This document shows, one piece after another, positions 62,858 to 64,000 of a stretch of 64,000 bases of DNA. Location of the stretch: contig NC_042998.1 in NCBI RefSeq assembly GCF_006345805.1, forward strand, positions 8,432,001 to 8,496,000. The letters are read 5' to 3'. Position 1 is the first letter of the stretch. Each line of letters starts with the position of its first letter. A program made the translations under genes and the position numbers. Source of the stretch: Octopus sinensis (taxonomy: Eukaryota). A model generated the notes under the pieces. That model was given only the letters and a program-made list of their open reading frames with translations. It searched no databases and had not been told where the DNA came from.

Positions 62858-63496
62858 TCTTTTTTTACCAAGTTCAACACAAAACTTTATTGTATAACAA
62901 GTTGCCAAGCGTCCGGACTGCATTCTGCAAACTAGTCAGCTGACATGCAGTGTTTAGCATGATTTGTTTCAAGTGTTGTCAAAGCCTTCCCCTTCAATCT
63001 GGAATAACAAAAGCTGGCAGGTCAGTTTATTAGATATATAGTAATAACATACAATAATCTACGGCTATTATACACCATCAATACACCATCAATACTTCGA
63101 ATCCGACTTCAATCCTCACCTAAAAAAAGTCTGAAAACTTGTGGAATGCAACTCGCACTTAATATTCAACTGAAAAAAATGTCATATGCAGGATTCCTGC
63201 GGTAGCAGAACTAATGCGATTCAGAGTATGATTGAGCAGAAACTGTAAATCGGAATTCAAGTTTATGTACGCTTGTATACGTAAAGGACTAGAAACAGGA
63301 AAATTGTCAAAATCAGGAATAAATATATTTAAAACTGCTACACTTTCTATAACGTATCTTTCCATTGATTTATTCTACCATAATTTAAGGTCGCAGAAGA
63401 ATCTGTAGAAGTACATATATATATATTGATACTTATACATTCATGCACACATATGTATGTTTGTCTTGTACGTGTGTGTATGTACGCATTCATGCC

Positions 63497-63549
<53 letters not shown>

Positions 63550-63693
63550 ACACACACATATATATATATATATAAAGCGACGTGCAAGTTCTGCAGTACA
63601 TAGGTCTCCTACTGCTAAGTTACTGAGAACTATCTACAGGAATTTATTTTGCGACTTGGATGGCATTGAACTTGCAATGGCCTGAAACCTGAA

Positions 63694-63767
<74 letters not shown>

Positions 63768-63872
63768 CTGTGTGTGTCTGTGCGTGTATATATATATACA
63801 TATATATATATATGCATATATATATGTATGTATATTTATATATACTTATATATATATATATATATACTTATA

Positions 63873-63944
<72 letters not shown>

Positions 63945-64000
63945 TGTGCATGCGTGTGTATGTGTTGTGCGTATATATGCTTGTATGTGCGCTTGGGTAT

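Noticed and set aside
63159-63365. ORF MERYVIESVAVLNIF.. as a first exon
   Set aside because: No recognisable homology and only weak donors

Overview
Eukaryotic, AT-rich, repeat-dense genomic DNA. The SINE repertoire and microsatellite load point to a cephalopod, most likely Octopus; this is recognition from memory, not a database result. One host gene can be fully reconstructed on the + strand: a 7-coding-exon SLC16/monocarboxylate-transporter-like MFS gene, join(16599..16711, 26193..26422, 31181..31324, 36630..36939, 41265..41442, 44247..44514, 46499..46686). This gives 1431 nt and 476 aa, with all introns GT-AG and phases compatible. Exon 1 is the least certain. A second membrane-protein gene on the - strand is weakly suggested near 52-54 kb. 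The rest is a mosaic of a 142-bp higher-order satellite, microsatellites, three tRNA-derived SINE families, non-autonomous Helitrons and Helentron-like elements, mariner and other DNA-transposon relics, RTE/CR1-like/Dong-R4 LINE fragments and Penelope-like terminal repeats. The most notable observations are: (1) a SINE that recurrently forms exact 184-bp head-to-tail multimers through a GGTAT microhomology, one of them bracketed by a single TSD; (2) a covarying 3' stem-loop shared by a LINE end and two SINE families; (3) minimal hammerhead-ribozyme motifs; (4) elements that appear to target (TAA)n and (TA)n microsatellites; (5) a long fold-back in each of introns 2-5 of the transporter; (6) the transporter's loss of the canonical lactate-binding residues. 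No prokaryote-type system, CRISPR array, rRNA or genuine tRNA gene was found.
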